Shown here piece after piece: positions 13,301-25,700 of a stretch of 64,000 nucleotides of DNA. The translations under genes and the position numbers were made by a program. Position 1 is the stretch's first letter. The number at the start of each line of letters is the position of its first letter. This stretch comes from Phoronis australis. Its lineage: Eukaryota; Animalia; Phoronida. The stretch lies in contig NMRA01000343.1 in the NCBI GenBank assembly GCA_002633005.1, positions 186,001-250,000 of the forward strand, in the 5' to 3' direction. The notes under the pieces were generated by a model. It saw nothing but the letters and a program-made list of their open reading frames with translations, was not told the DNA's origin and searched no databases.

Positions 13301-16300
13301 ACTATTGTTATGACAATTATTACCCTTACCCTGCATCTCTGGGAAGAACCTGTGCAACGGTTCATCAGCCGATGGCTTGAAGGCCCCCTTCTTATGAGGC
13401 TGTATCCGTAGGATGATGTCTTGAAGGTCAAGGTGGCGGGTATCCAGGTACATGGATTCCTACGGAGAGATGGGTACAGGTCAGAGCCCACAGCTTAGCA
13501 ACCAAAAACACGTACATCAAAAAGGGCAAAAGGTATGAAAACGGCAAATCATTTATAGACTGCTTTGTCTACCATAGACTCGCTACTGTCCCCTCACCTC
13601 ATTATCGGCCCTCTGTTTCCTGTGCTGGGCCAGCATCTCTTGGTACTCTTCAGATGTGACTTTGACAGATCCCCGGTGACCCCCTGTCAATGAAATGAGA
13701 ACATAAATCAGGCACCTATTAAGGTTACGCAGGTCCCTCGGAAAACATCCAAATTTGGCTAACTTCGGAACATCATATCTCAGAAATGCGTTACGTACCA
13801 TTCTCCCGGACTGTAAAACCAAGAAATTTCCAACATCACGATTCGCGATCTGATTTAGTATCACATTCCATTAAGATTTACAAACTTGCCTTTTGTGTTG
13901 CTACACCATGCTGTAACAGTATGCAGGTCAGAGCTAACAGTTACACTAAGGAATCAGGAGGTGAAAATTAAAGTCTAATTTCTCTGAAACTCAACCGTTT
14001 TTTCCGTTCACAGTTTTTTTGGCGATAAAATTTCATATAAAACACAAAGTCATGTTCTTCACAACGTTGAATGTCGTTTGGAATAGTTTTTAAACGAAGA
14101 AATCAAAAAATTTACATACAACAAAAATAAAAAAGATAATTTAGAAAAGTTAACTGTAACAGACGAGATTTCATCTTCAATGTCATACAAGTTTTCTTAG
14201 TGTAGATACATTACAAAGGAAATTTTGTGTGACCTCCTGACCTCAGAGTGTGAGTCCTGGGAGACAAGTTACAAATATCCGTGTAGGGATTGTCCACTGA
14301 ACCGACACAAAATAGTTGTTCACGTGATAGTACCTTCTGCACTTGTCATTTTTGAGGTCAAAGTTGAGATTACGGTCTGTGCATCAGAGTCACCAAGTCC
14401 TCGGCCAATCTTTCTGTTCTTGTATGGTGGTTCTATAGAGTAAAGACGAAGGTAATGATAACTATACACCACTGACAAAGTAGAGCGAGGTAAACACAAA
14501 AACACTACTATAACTTGGGTTTCAGGTAAAATAAAAATACCAAATAATCAACTTGTCGAATATGATATACCATACGTATACATTACTAAAAATTCAAGGT
14601 TGCAAAGAACGTCTCCTGCGCGAATAAAAACGTTATTCTTGACAACAGCAATGCAAAAGGAGGTGGTCACTCATACGGTGGTCTAGAGTTCAACGAATGG
14701 ACTTCCTGTTTCACTACATCTTGCACTATCATTGTGACATCAGCCTTAAATCTTGCTATTGTCTGAAAAGTTTCACAATTCTACTTTGAAGGAAACCAGT
14801 GTGAGTACTGGCAAGAACTTAAAGTCATTTTCTACTGCTCTGATGATAACAATACAGGTGATGAATACGACAGAGCCAGAAAGAAATCTCCTTTGTCCTG
14901 AAGGTAGGAAAACATGTTGTTCCACTGGCTCCGTTTCAGAAATGTCAGGCTGATTCCAGGATTCAAGTTGGAAAATATCCCATCCACGGATACTTCTCAA
15001 GTTTATCTAACATTCAGCAATCGAAGTTGCAGCCCGCGGCACAACAGTAAAACTTTGATGGCATTGAAAGGTCGAATACATTTAATGAAGCTGACAAAAA
15101 CATGAAAAAAGCGCAAAACACCAACAAATAACACGTCGAAAAATTCAAATGGTGCCAAAATGAGAGTCTAGATAATTTGACAGATGCTGCAGCATTGTGG
15201 GTAAATACCATGAGATACGAGTGTTGCTGTGTAATGTGGGACCATCCTATCAAAGCTAACTATAAACCACGTTCTGGTGTTAAAAACATCAATTTTCTTC
15301 ACAGGACTATTTGCTCTTCCAAAGTAACGTCATAGCCATCTCATCCTTTGAAATGAAATTGATTTCAACAAATTGATAGGAATTCCCACACTGCATTAGC
15401 CACTAAAAAGATGAGACTAATTTTATAACAGTCCGTAAGTCGCCTATATCACAGTATGGCTGTTAAAAATAGGCCCAAGGGCAGATTTATTACCCCCTTA
15501 AAGCAAGTTTACCGTGTGTTTGGAGTATTTAATTGTGACAAACTTGCAGAAGTAATTAAATGCCAACCCAATTCAATAGGTTGTTAGAGTAGTTTAAATT
15601 ACTTCCCCTGAAGTAGATACTGTTCTATAATGATTGGCATCGTGCAGTCACGTAGAATACTTTTAAGTAACTTTTTAGTACTATCTAAATCTCTCAGTAA
15701 GAAAAGATGCACTCACATTCAGCCATGATTCCAATAATTTTAAGGTTCCCTTTTATTTGTCTTACCCTGTATGTTTGTGTGTCCGTCCTCATCATCTGAT
15801 GATGTCTCACTCACGCCACACTCATCACGCACCTCGCGCAGGATGCTACAAACAAACAACTGCAGCGATCAAAAAACTGCGGGCTCTAATAGGCAACAAA
15901 TAACACACAGTAGCGTTTCCGGGAAATAATGTTGAATTGAAGCTGAATTGACAACTAAATGCCACAACCTATAACTTATATCGCTTTTCACACGTATGAC
16001 TATTGATATGAATCGCATGGAATTTTCAACTACAAGTGAGAACACAATGAATGAAATACAATAGCACTGTACTCTTAAATTTTCTTCGTTAATACGTTGA
16101 CCAAACCTGACCTGTCTACGCGAACCAAAACTGAACTCAAGCAATCAAGGTTGTCTTCTCATCTGCATACCGACTAACCACTTGCATGACCAAATTTCTT
16201 ACATAATTGTGAATACCAAAACGTAAAGCAGTAAAATTAGGATGAGATATGTTGCCCACTCAAAACTGTAGACTATGTCATACTTCCTGTACTTTTTCTT

Positions 16301-19300
16301 GACCCTTTCCTGGATCATTTTCTCTTTAGGTGGCACCACTGGATACTGGACTGGAATGGTTTCCCCTGGAGGGATCTGGGACACTTGCTCAAGTACATTC
16401 TGAAATAAAGCATAGTATAGAAAACACAATCAGTTAAGTCAAGCAAGGGAAATAATGCAGATCGCGGACATGCGAATCAATTCAGCCAAAGTAAAAGTCT
16501 CAAACTGTCTAAGAACACCCAATTTGCCACATTTAGGCGAGACCCAATTTTTTCATCATCCCAAATCTTACTTCTGGTCAGGGCTGTTCCAGTAAAATCT
16601 GTATGGGAGGGGGGGGAAGGCACCTTTTTTTCGCACCCACCACCCATACTTTTCATTTATTTCTTCAGCCTACCACCCGTAATTTTTTATAAGTTTGAAA
16701 TACAACCACCCGTAATTTTTTTTTGTTCTTGTGGTTGACTGCACAGGCGCTTGAGATTATCTGTTCCTCCATCACCACTAACGTCATTCATTACTAAGAA
16801 AACATACGTCTCTTATATATGGTTATTAGCCATCGAGAAATTCGAGCACCTGTGGTTAAATGGTGTTATGGGCATGCCGATGAGGAGATCGGAGGGAGTG
16901 AAAAAGTCGGAGCTTTATGCAAGTTGCATTTTTGTTTCAATTTTTGATTCTGTGCGGATTGTTTATAAAATTTACTAAAATTACCCACCATCAAACATTT
17001 ATGGCCCAATGAAACAACAACGACCTGTAAATTTTAATTTTTTTGAAGTACGACCACCAGCTATTTTGAATTTAAATCAAACGCAACCACCCATAAATTT
17101 TTATTTCAGGTGCCTTCCCCCCCTCCCACACAGATTTTGCTGGAACAGCCCTCACATAAAACTGAGCCCCATTTCCCAAAAACTAGAACATGAGAAACCT
17201 TAATTGACATTAATCATAAGCTCATTGTTGCTGAGGACCTGAGTGTAATGAAAAGGGTTTCCACATTACATAATTGTAGTGTGGCTGGGCAGTTTTCCTC
17301 AGTTTGATTCAAAGCAAGTCAAAACATAACTTGACCATGGCTAAGTAGCATGACGCCCGAGAGCAATTACGGGTGTCACGCCCAAACAACTCTCTCTGGA
17401 GAAAGTATGGTGCGTATGGGCAACAGAGTAACTCTTGGATAGAAGCACTAATTAACAGGGCTTGGAATGACCAATCACAAAAAAGAGGAAAATTCTCCAG
17501 GTGAGGTATCGCTCCAAAGATAAATAGGCTTGAGTGATAGAATTATTTTTTGTGTTCTAAAATTTAACCGAAATAAACATCTTTGCATGGATAAAGTCAA
17601 AATAATGATAAAAAGAGAAGAAAAAGAGGAAACTGGAAATCAAATAAGACGGAAATTGAAATCACAAAAAAGGAAATCCTCTTTAGGAGAAAATTCCAAG
17701 GTCTGAATTAAAAGCAAAGCATTAATCGACACTTCAACGATCAAAATGATCAAAGCTATGACCCTGGAGTGATATTCTCATTGTAAGAATATTTCATTGC
17801 TTAACCTTACTTGTCGAGATATGAGTACGTCCTTCAGCAGTTTGGTGTAGTAACGCTGCATCTGGTAGCGGTACTCCTTGTATTTTGCTTTCTTGCATAG
17901 AGCCATGTACTTGGCTATGTCTGGCGTGAAGTGGCCATCTGAAATGAGGAATATGATCACCACTTAAATCTAAACAATCGGACGCAGAACAAGATTCAGA
18001 AGACAGTAGCATGTTATGAAAATGTTTGCAACAAGTTAACGCTTGTATCAAATCGACAGACACTTTTTTACAAAACACACATTAAAAAAAGTATATTTTG
18101 GAAACATGTTCGTTGTTTTGTTGTTTCTTGTACACCTTAAAAATTAGCAGAGGTTCCTTCAAGCTAACCTCACAAATTGTACGTTGAAACAAACTTTGGC
18201 AGAAGTCACGAGAGAGAGTGCATAAGGATTTACCACATTGTTCGTTTGGTAAAGGTGCAACAGTCTCTCTTTGTTCAAAATGTCAAAGAACAATATATGT
18301 AAACCAGTTACCTTTCAATTGTTTCCTGAAACGAGCCAGTGGATTGCCAAATTTAAAGTTTTGGCCGCTGAACAATTGCTCCAGAGTTTTATCCTTCTCT
18401 TCTGAATCATTTTCCGGAAACGATGGCAAAAACTTCTGGAATATCACAAATGTGGGAGATAATGATTAGACTGCTATGACAACTTTTCACGCACTTACAG
18501 GCTGGTGTCTCAATCAACACTTCAATAGGATTGACGTAAACACGAACAGAAACCATCAGCGACTCAATAAAACTCCTCAGAATTTACTGGAGTTGGTAAA
18601 GCCTAAAATTTGTGACTTCAAAAAATAACGTCATGTACACATTGTATGTGACCTGAGTTGTCAGCTCAATTAGCAGTGAGAAATTCTAGATCGGATGAAC
18701 ACGGTAATGTTCTTAAACCTCAAAACAATCAGTTAAGAATTCAACATTAACAGCCCAGTAGCAGCAAAACACCCCTTTAAGCAGCACCGTACAGAACTTG
18801 GTCGTTTACTGATACCTTGAGGTGACTCTGATGCTCCTCACTCAGCCCGTTCCATGTTTCCAAACTGATGGCTTCGTGGAAAACATCTGCCTACAAAACA
18901 AAATTAAGTATGCACTAATATTGAAGACTTCCTGGGTTTGACATGGCAAGCAAACTTTTTTCAGACTGGAAAACAAGGTGCTCTCCAGAAAAAAATCTTG
19001 ATCGAAACTTAGTTGGAGTTCACTTTTGAAATTGAAGATTGAATCTGCAAAGCAGGGTATTTCAAATTCAAGACTAGTACTAGCAAATACAAAAACAGAA
19101 GAAGCAGAAACTGGTCGGATACAGCAGCTCCTGATCAAGAGAATCAGACAAATCACTGGTTCTCTTAATCAATTACCCTATATTATACAGTGCCAAACAG
19201 AGCTGAGAGTGAAAGAAAGGGACTGATTGATTGTGATTGGGTGAGAAACTCCAGGACCAAATCATACAAATGTGAACATCACAATTTTTGTGCGAAAATA

Positions 19301-19364
19301 CCTGACATTCCGTCAACGCCTCAGGTAGTTCAACATATTCTTTTCCAAACAAACACTTCTCCAT
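420..19364 (-). CDS. NFRKB: Nuclear factor related to kappa-B-binding protein (INO80 complex subunit G), 3'-partial; coding exons 19364-19302, 18890-18816, 18435-18312, 17938-17811, 16399-16284, 15845-15766, 14432-14334, 13683-13598, 13459-13330, 12718-12517, 11754-11649, 10927-10801, 10269-10080, 9157-9097, 8428-8254, 7161-7055, 6397-6274, 6050-5977, 5075-4469, 2778-2522, 1549-1336, 515-420
   Basis: 22 GT-AG exons join in phase into about 1080 open codons. Family motifs: DEUBAD region (KFLPSFPEN..LFSGQNFKFGNPL..DGHFTPDIAKY), ILREVRDECG..SSDDED, winged-helix-like LEEKVREWQESPSS..WF, VVGPVKGV..KAREHALLTSERPAYVTILTLVRDAAARLPNGEGTR, VVSGALDRLHYEKDPCVKYD. The C-terminus is low-complexity (Q/T/G/P-rich). 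The last exon seen ends in a donor, so the gene continues left of the window. Confidence 0.96.
1361..1402 (-). repeat. CAG/CAA trinucleotide tract encoding Q14 in NFRKB exon 21
   Basis: (ctg/ttg)14 on the + strand, in frame within exon 1549-1336. Confidence 0.9.
2283..2322. repeat. Imperfect (CCCA)n microsatellite, intronic
   Basis: acaccacacccactcacccacccacccacttacccacccac. Confidence 0.75.
3088..3320. mobile_element. tRNA-derived (SINE-like) element with a minus-strand tRNA-like head and a plus-strand body
   Basis: Minus strand 3160-3088 has A box TGGCTCCGTGG and B box GGTTCAAGTCC. Segment 3234-3318 (+) matches the reverse complement of about 8663-8750 (aaatcttt.cagactta.attcatt...cgtgatgtggcc..caggt.gcat...gaccagac.taaaatgtt). 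Confidence 0.7.
6855..6943. repeat. 19-bp inverted repeat with 51-bp spacer (miniature foldback element)
   Basis: tatataaaccacactcaca (6855-6873) versus tgtgagtatggtttatata (6925-6943), one mismatch. Confidence 0.7.
8663..8785 (-). mobile_element. Second copy of the tRNA-derived element family seen at 3088-3320
   Basis: Minus-strand B box ggttcaagtccc followed by the same body sequence as 3234-3318. Confidence 0.7.
11202..11250. repeat. (CAATA)n pentanucleotide microsatellite
   Basis: caatacaatacaatacaat..., about 10 units, degenerate towards the 3' end. Confidence 0.9.
11986..12096. mobile_element. Short palindromic MITE-like element, copy 1
   Basis: Internal inverted repeat attttgagaacca...tggttctcaaaat. 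A reverse-oriented copy lies at 52701-52815. Confidence 0.75.
16581..17151. mobile_element. 571-bp MITE, PIF/Harbinger-like, in NFRKB intron 4
   Basis: TIRs of about 45 bp: gggctgttccagtaaaatctgtatgggaggggggggaaggcacct / aggtgccttccccccctcccacacagattttgctggaacagccc. A 3-bp TCA target duplication is at 16578-16580 and 17152-17154, with subterminal accaccc repeats. Confidence 0.9.
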
Positions 19365-19750
19365 CTTCTTCAGTGGTGTTTTTGCCTTTCAAAACTTGTT
19401 TCATGTCACCAGCACTGGCAAAACCACGAAAAGGTCCCCGGCAAGTGGAAAACCGGAAACCTATCGTTTGTTAACAATCGCCAACAGAGGACACTAGGAA
19501 TTACCAGAGACAACTAAAAATAAACTTTTTTTCCAATCTAGTAAAACTAGTTTTGGGAAACGAGAGTTTTATCCATTTGAGTCACTTATTTCATCCCACA
19601 TGACTGTCTTTTGTGGGTTTGATTTTAGAAGTAAAATGCTTAATAGCCTCTTACTAACCCGTGGCTGTTGGTAATCACTCTCGTTTCCCGCGAAATCCAT
19701 TTTGTTTTGACTTGTTTGAGAAAGGATCCTTTTGAAACAGATCGCTGAAG
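19365..19750. promoter_or_regulatory. Bidirectional promoter region between NFRKB and RFC3
   Basis: The two divergent ATGs are 386 bp apart. Motifs: E2F-type TTTCCCGCGAAA at 19684-19695, AP-1 TGAGTCA at 19578-19584, ETS-like CCGGAA at about 19453. Confidence 0.8.
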
Positions 19751-22700
19751 ATGAGTTTGTGGGTGGACAAACATCGACCTAATATCCTGAGCAAGCTTGA
19801 TTACCACAAGGAACAAGCTAATCACTTGAAACAATTGGTAACGGCCGTTACAATTAACTTAGGTTGCCGAGTACTGTTTGACCTAGTTGTTCTGCGTGCC
19901 ATAGTCTACCATGTCCAGATCAATTATAAATCAAACCTGCGGCGCTAGTGATCGACAACTAGTATTTGACAAATCGGATGTACATTATGGTGGTAGCCAA
20001 TTCCTTCTCCTTTCTGAATATATGCATATTTCATGGTAATTGTTAAAAATATAACGACATACACATGATTTTGGTATCGTTCGATTCCTTGCAATGTTAT
20101 CTTTCCAAAAAGCACAGAATTTTTTCCTACCCCGTTCCCTTAATATTTTATCGTGAAGTTTCCAGGTACGCGGTAGTGATACCGCCATGTTGAATGGAAG
20201 GAATCACCTGGCGGTCAAAAACTGAACTAATCTACCGACTTCTGCAGATTGTCGCTTATCATAAGGTCGAATTGACAGAGACCCGTCTATCCCCCGCCTG
20301 AGTTGCTGTCCCAAGGGTTCGAATTTGACCCTGGTACGCATTTACTAGCACGAATGCGTGAAAAAAGCGGGAGTTGATTTTGAGGTCCATATTGGTGAAA
20401 ATGGTATCATTTCAGACAATTTCGTGGAAAAATGGTCAACTGGTCACAATTATAAAAAATTGGAAAAGGTGAAATGCAGCTACTTTCCTCCACATTATGT
20501 CAGGAAAACTTTAGCAAGAATCTCGCGCGGGCTAACACCATTCGAATCGATGATGCTGTTTCATTCATTAACAACAGGTGTCGCTGTAATCTTGAGTTGC
20601 GCTAACATGGCGGTGTCAACCGGGAAATAGTACGAACCGAAATTCGACGATAAAATACGGAGGAAACGCGGTAGGGGATACGTTCATATATTTTTGGAAA
20701 GATAACGTTGCTAGCAATCGAAAGATACTAAAATCATGTGTGTAGGTCAATATCATCATAATGTAAACAATTACCTATTAATTCATCATTAGATGTGTGT
20801 TGCTCTGTCGTCAAGTTTTTTTTTGTTCGCACTCTACAGGTCCCAATTTTCGTCCGATTCTCACGAAATTTGCACACGACGTGTAGATCGGAAAGTCCTG
20901 GAAGCCTATTGTTTTCGGTCATGTTCGGATTCAAAATGGTGGACGTCGTGGCCATTTTGTTTCCGATTTCACTTTCAAATGCTCATAGAGGCCGTTTTTT
21001 TGACGTAAAGAGCTGAAACTTGGTACGATTATTATATAACTTATGTGCTACAACTTTGCCGAAAAACGTTGACTTCCGATTAAAGATAGCGGAAATATTG
21101 ACAATGGCGCATGTGCACCTCGATATCTGGCCTAAAACATTTTCTCCTGTAGAGGGCGCATCGACAAACCAATCATTTTCAAACTGGTCACGTGTTTGTT
21201 GCTGTTGATCAGCTTTTAAAAAATTTTGTTTAACCGGATGTCACTTTCAAGATGGCGGCTCTGGCGCATTTTCACCCATTTTCAATCGTTCTGGTGTTGC
21301 ATTTTTAACGGGATGAGCAAATGACGTGAATTTTTGCATGTGGATTCCTTGAAGTATGCTCTTTCAAAAGTTCTGCGATAACGTTTTTCTCATTTTCCAG
21401 CCTTAACTTTTCATTATATCACTGCTGACATCACAAAATGTTTGTAAGCCAGTCTCCAAACACTGATCAATATCGTAGCTTAGCTTCAGTACTCTTGCAG
21501 GTCAAAGGAGGAGACTTCCCCCATTTGTTGTTCTACGGTCCTTCGGGAGCTGGCAAAAAGACTCGTGTCATGTGTCTTCTACGGGAGCTGTATGGGTCTG
21601 GTGTAGAGAAGCTACGTATTGAACACAACTCGTTCACGACGCCTTCGAACAAGAAGTTGGAAATTTGCACCATTGCCAGTAACTACCACATTGAAGTGAA
21701 CCCAAGGTAAGTCTGCTACAGAGGCATTCAAAGTGTTGGATTATGATTTGGTAAAGGTCATACGTACACATGATGACAACTGAAATGATTGTAGACACAT
21801 GACTACGAATGCAACACTGGTGTTTATAAGAAAACAGTTTTATTACCAGGTGCCAGCACAGATGGGGAACTACGTACCTCCAATGCAGTAGAGTTCAGAT
21901 CATAGCTCATATCTGCATTAAATTGAATAGTAATGATTTTGCCTCTCATTAACCTATGAGTCAAATAGCTCAGTGGGTTTGGTTACTTTCACTGTGCATG
22001 CATCATTCTTCACAGCATGTGAGCTAAGTTCCTCGATGATCAATAAAGATATAGTAGGCCTAGTGCATCACCTGACTTCAATAACTCACTCCCACTCATT
22101 GTAGTCATGCGTTCTACGTTTTCACTGATTACTATAAACACAGTTTCTAGGTCTATTGAGGGAGTCAGGTGCTGTTGTAGCTCTACGTCTCAACTGATCC
22201 TAACGTAGACTCTTGTCTCAAGGAATGAATGGGTGTGGTAGTCCCATTGTAGTGTATGGCAGATGTGTTTTAATACTTAGAAATAAGACCCCATGGCTTT
22301 AACATACTTTGAAAGGCTGCGCTTTATCGAACAGTCACTATTAATGTTGTTTCCATATTCCAGTGATGTTGGTATCAATGACAGAGTGGTGATCCAAGAA
22401 CTTCTCAAGACAGTGGCACAGACACAGCAGTTAGATACCTCACAGCAGAAAGATTTCAAAGGTTTGTGTCTGATTGCTTTTGATTTTGGTGGTGCATGAG
22501 GGCCTATTGTACTGATCACCTGAAACCATTTTTACTCTAATTGTATAGTTAAACTGAGCTGAGGAGCTAGAACCTGACTCAAGGGTCTAGCAGTGTGGCC
22601 CAGTGGAACAGATGTCTGATACTTCATGCAGTACTGATTGTTAGCTGGCCAGCCATGATGTGGGTTCAGTCATGTCAAAATTGACAGCTGGTAAAATGAA

Positions 22701-25700
22701 CAATATGAATCATTTTTTCTTAACAAGCATCGGAATGACTTTAAGATAGTGAAAAATCTTCATGAGGTATGAGCATTCCTCATTCATTTGGAAGGTATAT
22801 AAACATCGTCTGCAGGCGTGTGCCCTTGTGGAACTCAAATCCACGACCTTGAGCAAAAGAAGCAGGCATTTACCACACTAGGCCACACTGCCTCTTCAAA
22901 CTTAAGACTTGGTCCAGTGTCCTTTATAGAACTGGTGTCCACTTGTTTTTGTACTGGACTTGAGGATGTCAGTGGTGGTGTCCATGCTTAGTGCATAAAA
23001 TGATCAGCCAGTCAAGTGGACTTATTGAGTCTCGTTTTGAACAGTAATGACTAAATAGTTCTTCCTGAGCCCAGAATATGAGTGAAAACTAGATGTGACC
23101 ATGGCATAAATCATAGGATAGCTCAAAATTTCGCCTTCATAAGTTATATATCACTATTTTTTTTTAAAATCTACTCATGATTATTTAAAACGTATTCTTG
23201 ACTCATTATTGTGAAACAGATCCGTATTAACATTGTGTTGGAAGTTAAGAGAAGAAAATCGGATGCCAAAGCGAGTGTGGTCATATGGTGATTGATGTTC
23301 CTTTATTAGTCAAAAGTGACACCTCATTGTTGTTTGCCGATGCCAGTCCCCAAATTTTCCATTCTTGAGTAGACTAATAGGTAGATGATTTTCTCAACCA
23401 AAGTTAAACTTTGGCACAGAGATCGCCCTTAAAAGTTTTAAACTTTAGTGGCTAGTGCAGTGCTTTCAAAGGACAGATTTTGCTGCATATAAAAAATCTA
23501 TTTGTTGTTTCATATTTAAACAGTTGTCATTCTAACGGAGGTGGACCGATTATCAAAAGACGCTCAGCATGCGCTCAGACGAACGATGGAAAAGTACATG
23601 GCGACCTGTCGTCTGATTCTCATCTGCAACTCTACAAGTAAGGTCATACCTGCCATTCGCAGTCGATGTCTAGGTGTGCGAGTTCCAGCGCCATCTGTGG
23701 AGGAAGTAAGCAGTTTTGTAAATTTTACATTTTTGAGTATTAATTTTTCTTTCAATTTATAACGGTGGAGCCCATATCATGTCATACCGGATAATAGAAT
23801 GTCCTGGTTATTGTCACGAAATGTCAAAAAACAAATCATTTGCCATTAAACCCATGTCAATTAACTAGCATAATGTCATGATTTATTGTCATATTCATTG
23901 ATAGCGTCAGCAACATTGATTCTCATTCGCTTATTAGCCTTATTATACCTTAACCTAGTTCATCTGAAATTCATTTACCTTTATGTCAGTGCTAAGGGTA
24001 AAGTTAGTCATTTCCTGTTTATCTATTTTACTCTGAAACACTCCACTTGGCACGATTAGCTTACAAAAGAAATTATGATCACTGTCAAACTTGTCTAAAC
24101 ATGCTTTAATAGTGAAATACTTTGCTAATTGTCATAATTTATGTCGAAACTGAGGGTATGGCATTAAGCAGGCTCTACTGTACAAAAAAATAAAATGGGT
24201 GCAACACAGTCAAGGCTGTTGTTGACTCATGTTTTTGGTGCATGATGGGATGCGCGAGCTCAGCTATGCTAAAACAGAAAGTAAGTTATCATTTAGAGGA
24301 ATTTGTAAATACCTTACTCCACAAAATACAATTTAAGAGTAAGAAAAAATAATACCTGTAATTTAATTTGTAAAATTTTAACCTCTAGCCATGGAAATTG
24401 CTTGTTCTGAGAATGTTAAATATTTGAGATTTTTGTTCCAGATTTCACAGATTTTGCAGTCAACGTGTAAAAAAGAAAGTCTCAACCTTCCTGCAGAACT
24501 GGCGGAAAAGATAGCGGAAAAGAGTACTCGTAATTTACGAAGAGCGTTGCTCATGTGCGAAGCTTGCAAGGTTCAGCAGTGAGTAATCTGCACGTGAAAG
24601 TTATTTTAACTTTTCATTGTGGTGTCATGCAGGGGAGGTGCCAGAAGTTGGTGTTAGTTTGTTTTGAATATTGCTCCAGTAATGCGCTAGGCTGGTTAAG
24701 CTGATTTTTTTTCTTAGTGTGATTCCTGCGTTATGACATAGAGGCCGTTAGAAAGAAAATAATGCCACTAGGGAGCACACTGGTGATCAAATCTGTCCGA
24801 ATATTTCCTCTTGCCACCCCATGCATGATACAAACATGTTTGCAAAATTTTAAAAACATCCATCAAGTGGTTTAATTTGGAGATATAGCGGTGGATGCCA
24901 AACGGACAGATGGAGATGATGACATAATGCATCTTCATATATGTTAGTGCATGAAAATTAAGTGCTTTTGAGTCCATTTTGTTCCAATTTTTATATAATA
25001 GTCAACAAAACATGAGATTTGAAAAACCTTAGTTTGCAGTAATTGTGTTGTGAATGTAAAGCAATATGTCTTCAGGATTTTAATTTTGATTTTCTTAGAA
25101 ATGCTTTGTATATTTTTGGAACATTTTGGCATTGCCTGTTTGTAGTGTTTACCATGTGTATACTGTCAGTGTACCTATCTGTTTATTGACCTTCAAAATT
25201 TGCACAAGTGCACAGCTAAGCTGTTAATGCTCATATTGAGGGAATAATGATGTATTACCGTCTATGTTTTGACAAATTTAATTGAGAATTTTTCACCTGG
25301 TTTGTCATAAACAGTACAGCTCACAAACTTTTATTGAATGGACAACAGCTGGGGACCTGTCCAGATGGCTGGTGTTTGATGTGCTTTGCTGGGTGGCTTA
25401 TCATTCCGTGCCGCCTTCCAGGCATCACTGCGTCATCTCATTGCAGCCAGTTTGTCATAACATTACTGAATGGTACTGTAAATGTGTTTGAGTCCTGTTC
25501 AGAATGGAAATCTTACCTACAAAGAATTTTCCGTTGTGACCATGGTTATAGCTATCCGTTAACTGTCCACAGGTATCCATTCAGCGTGGACCAGCCTGTC
25601 AGCGAACCCGACTGGGAGGTCTACTTGAGGCAGACAGCTCAGATGATTGCTGAACAACAGAGCCCCAAGAGACTACTAGAGGTGCGGGCAAGACTGTATG

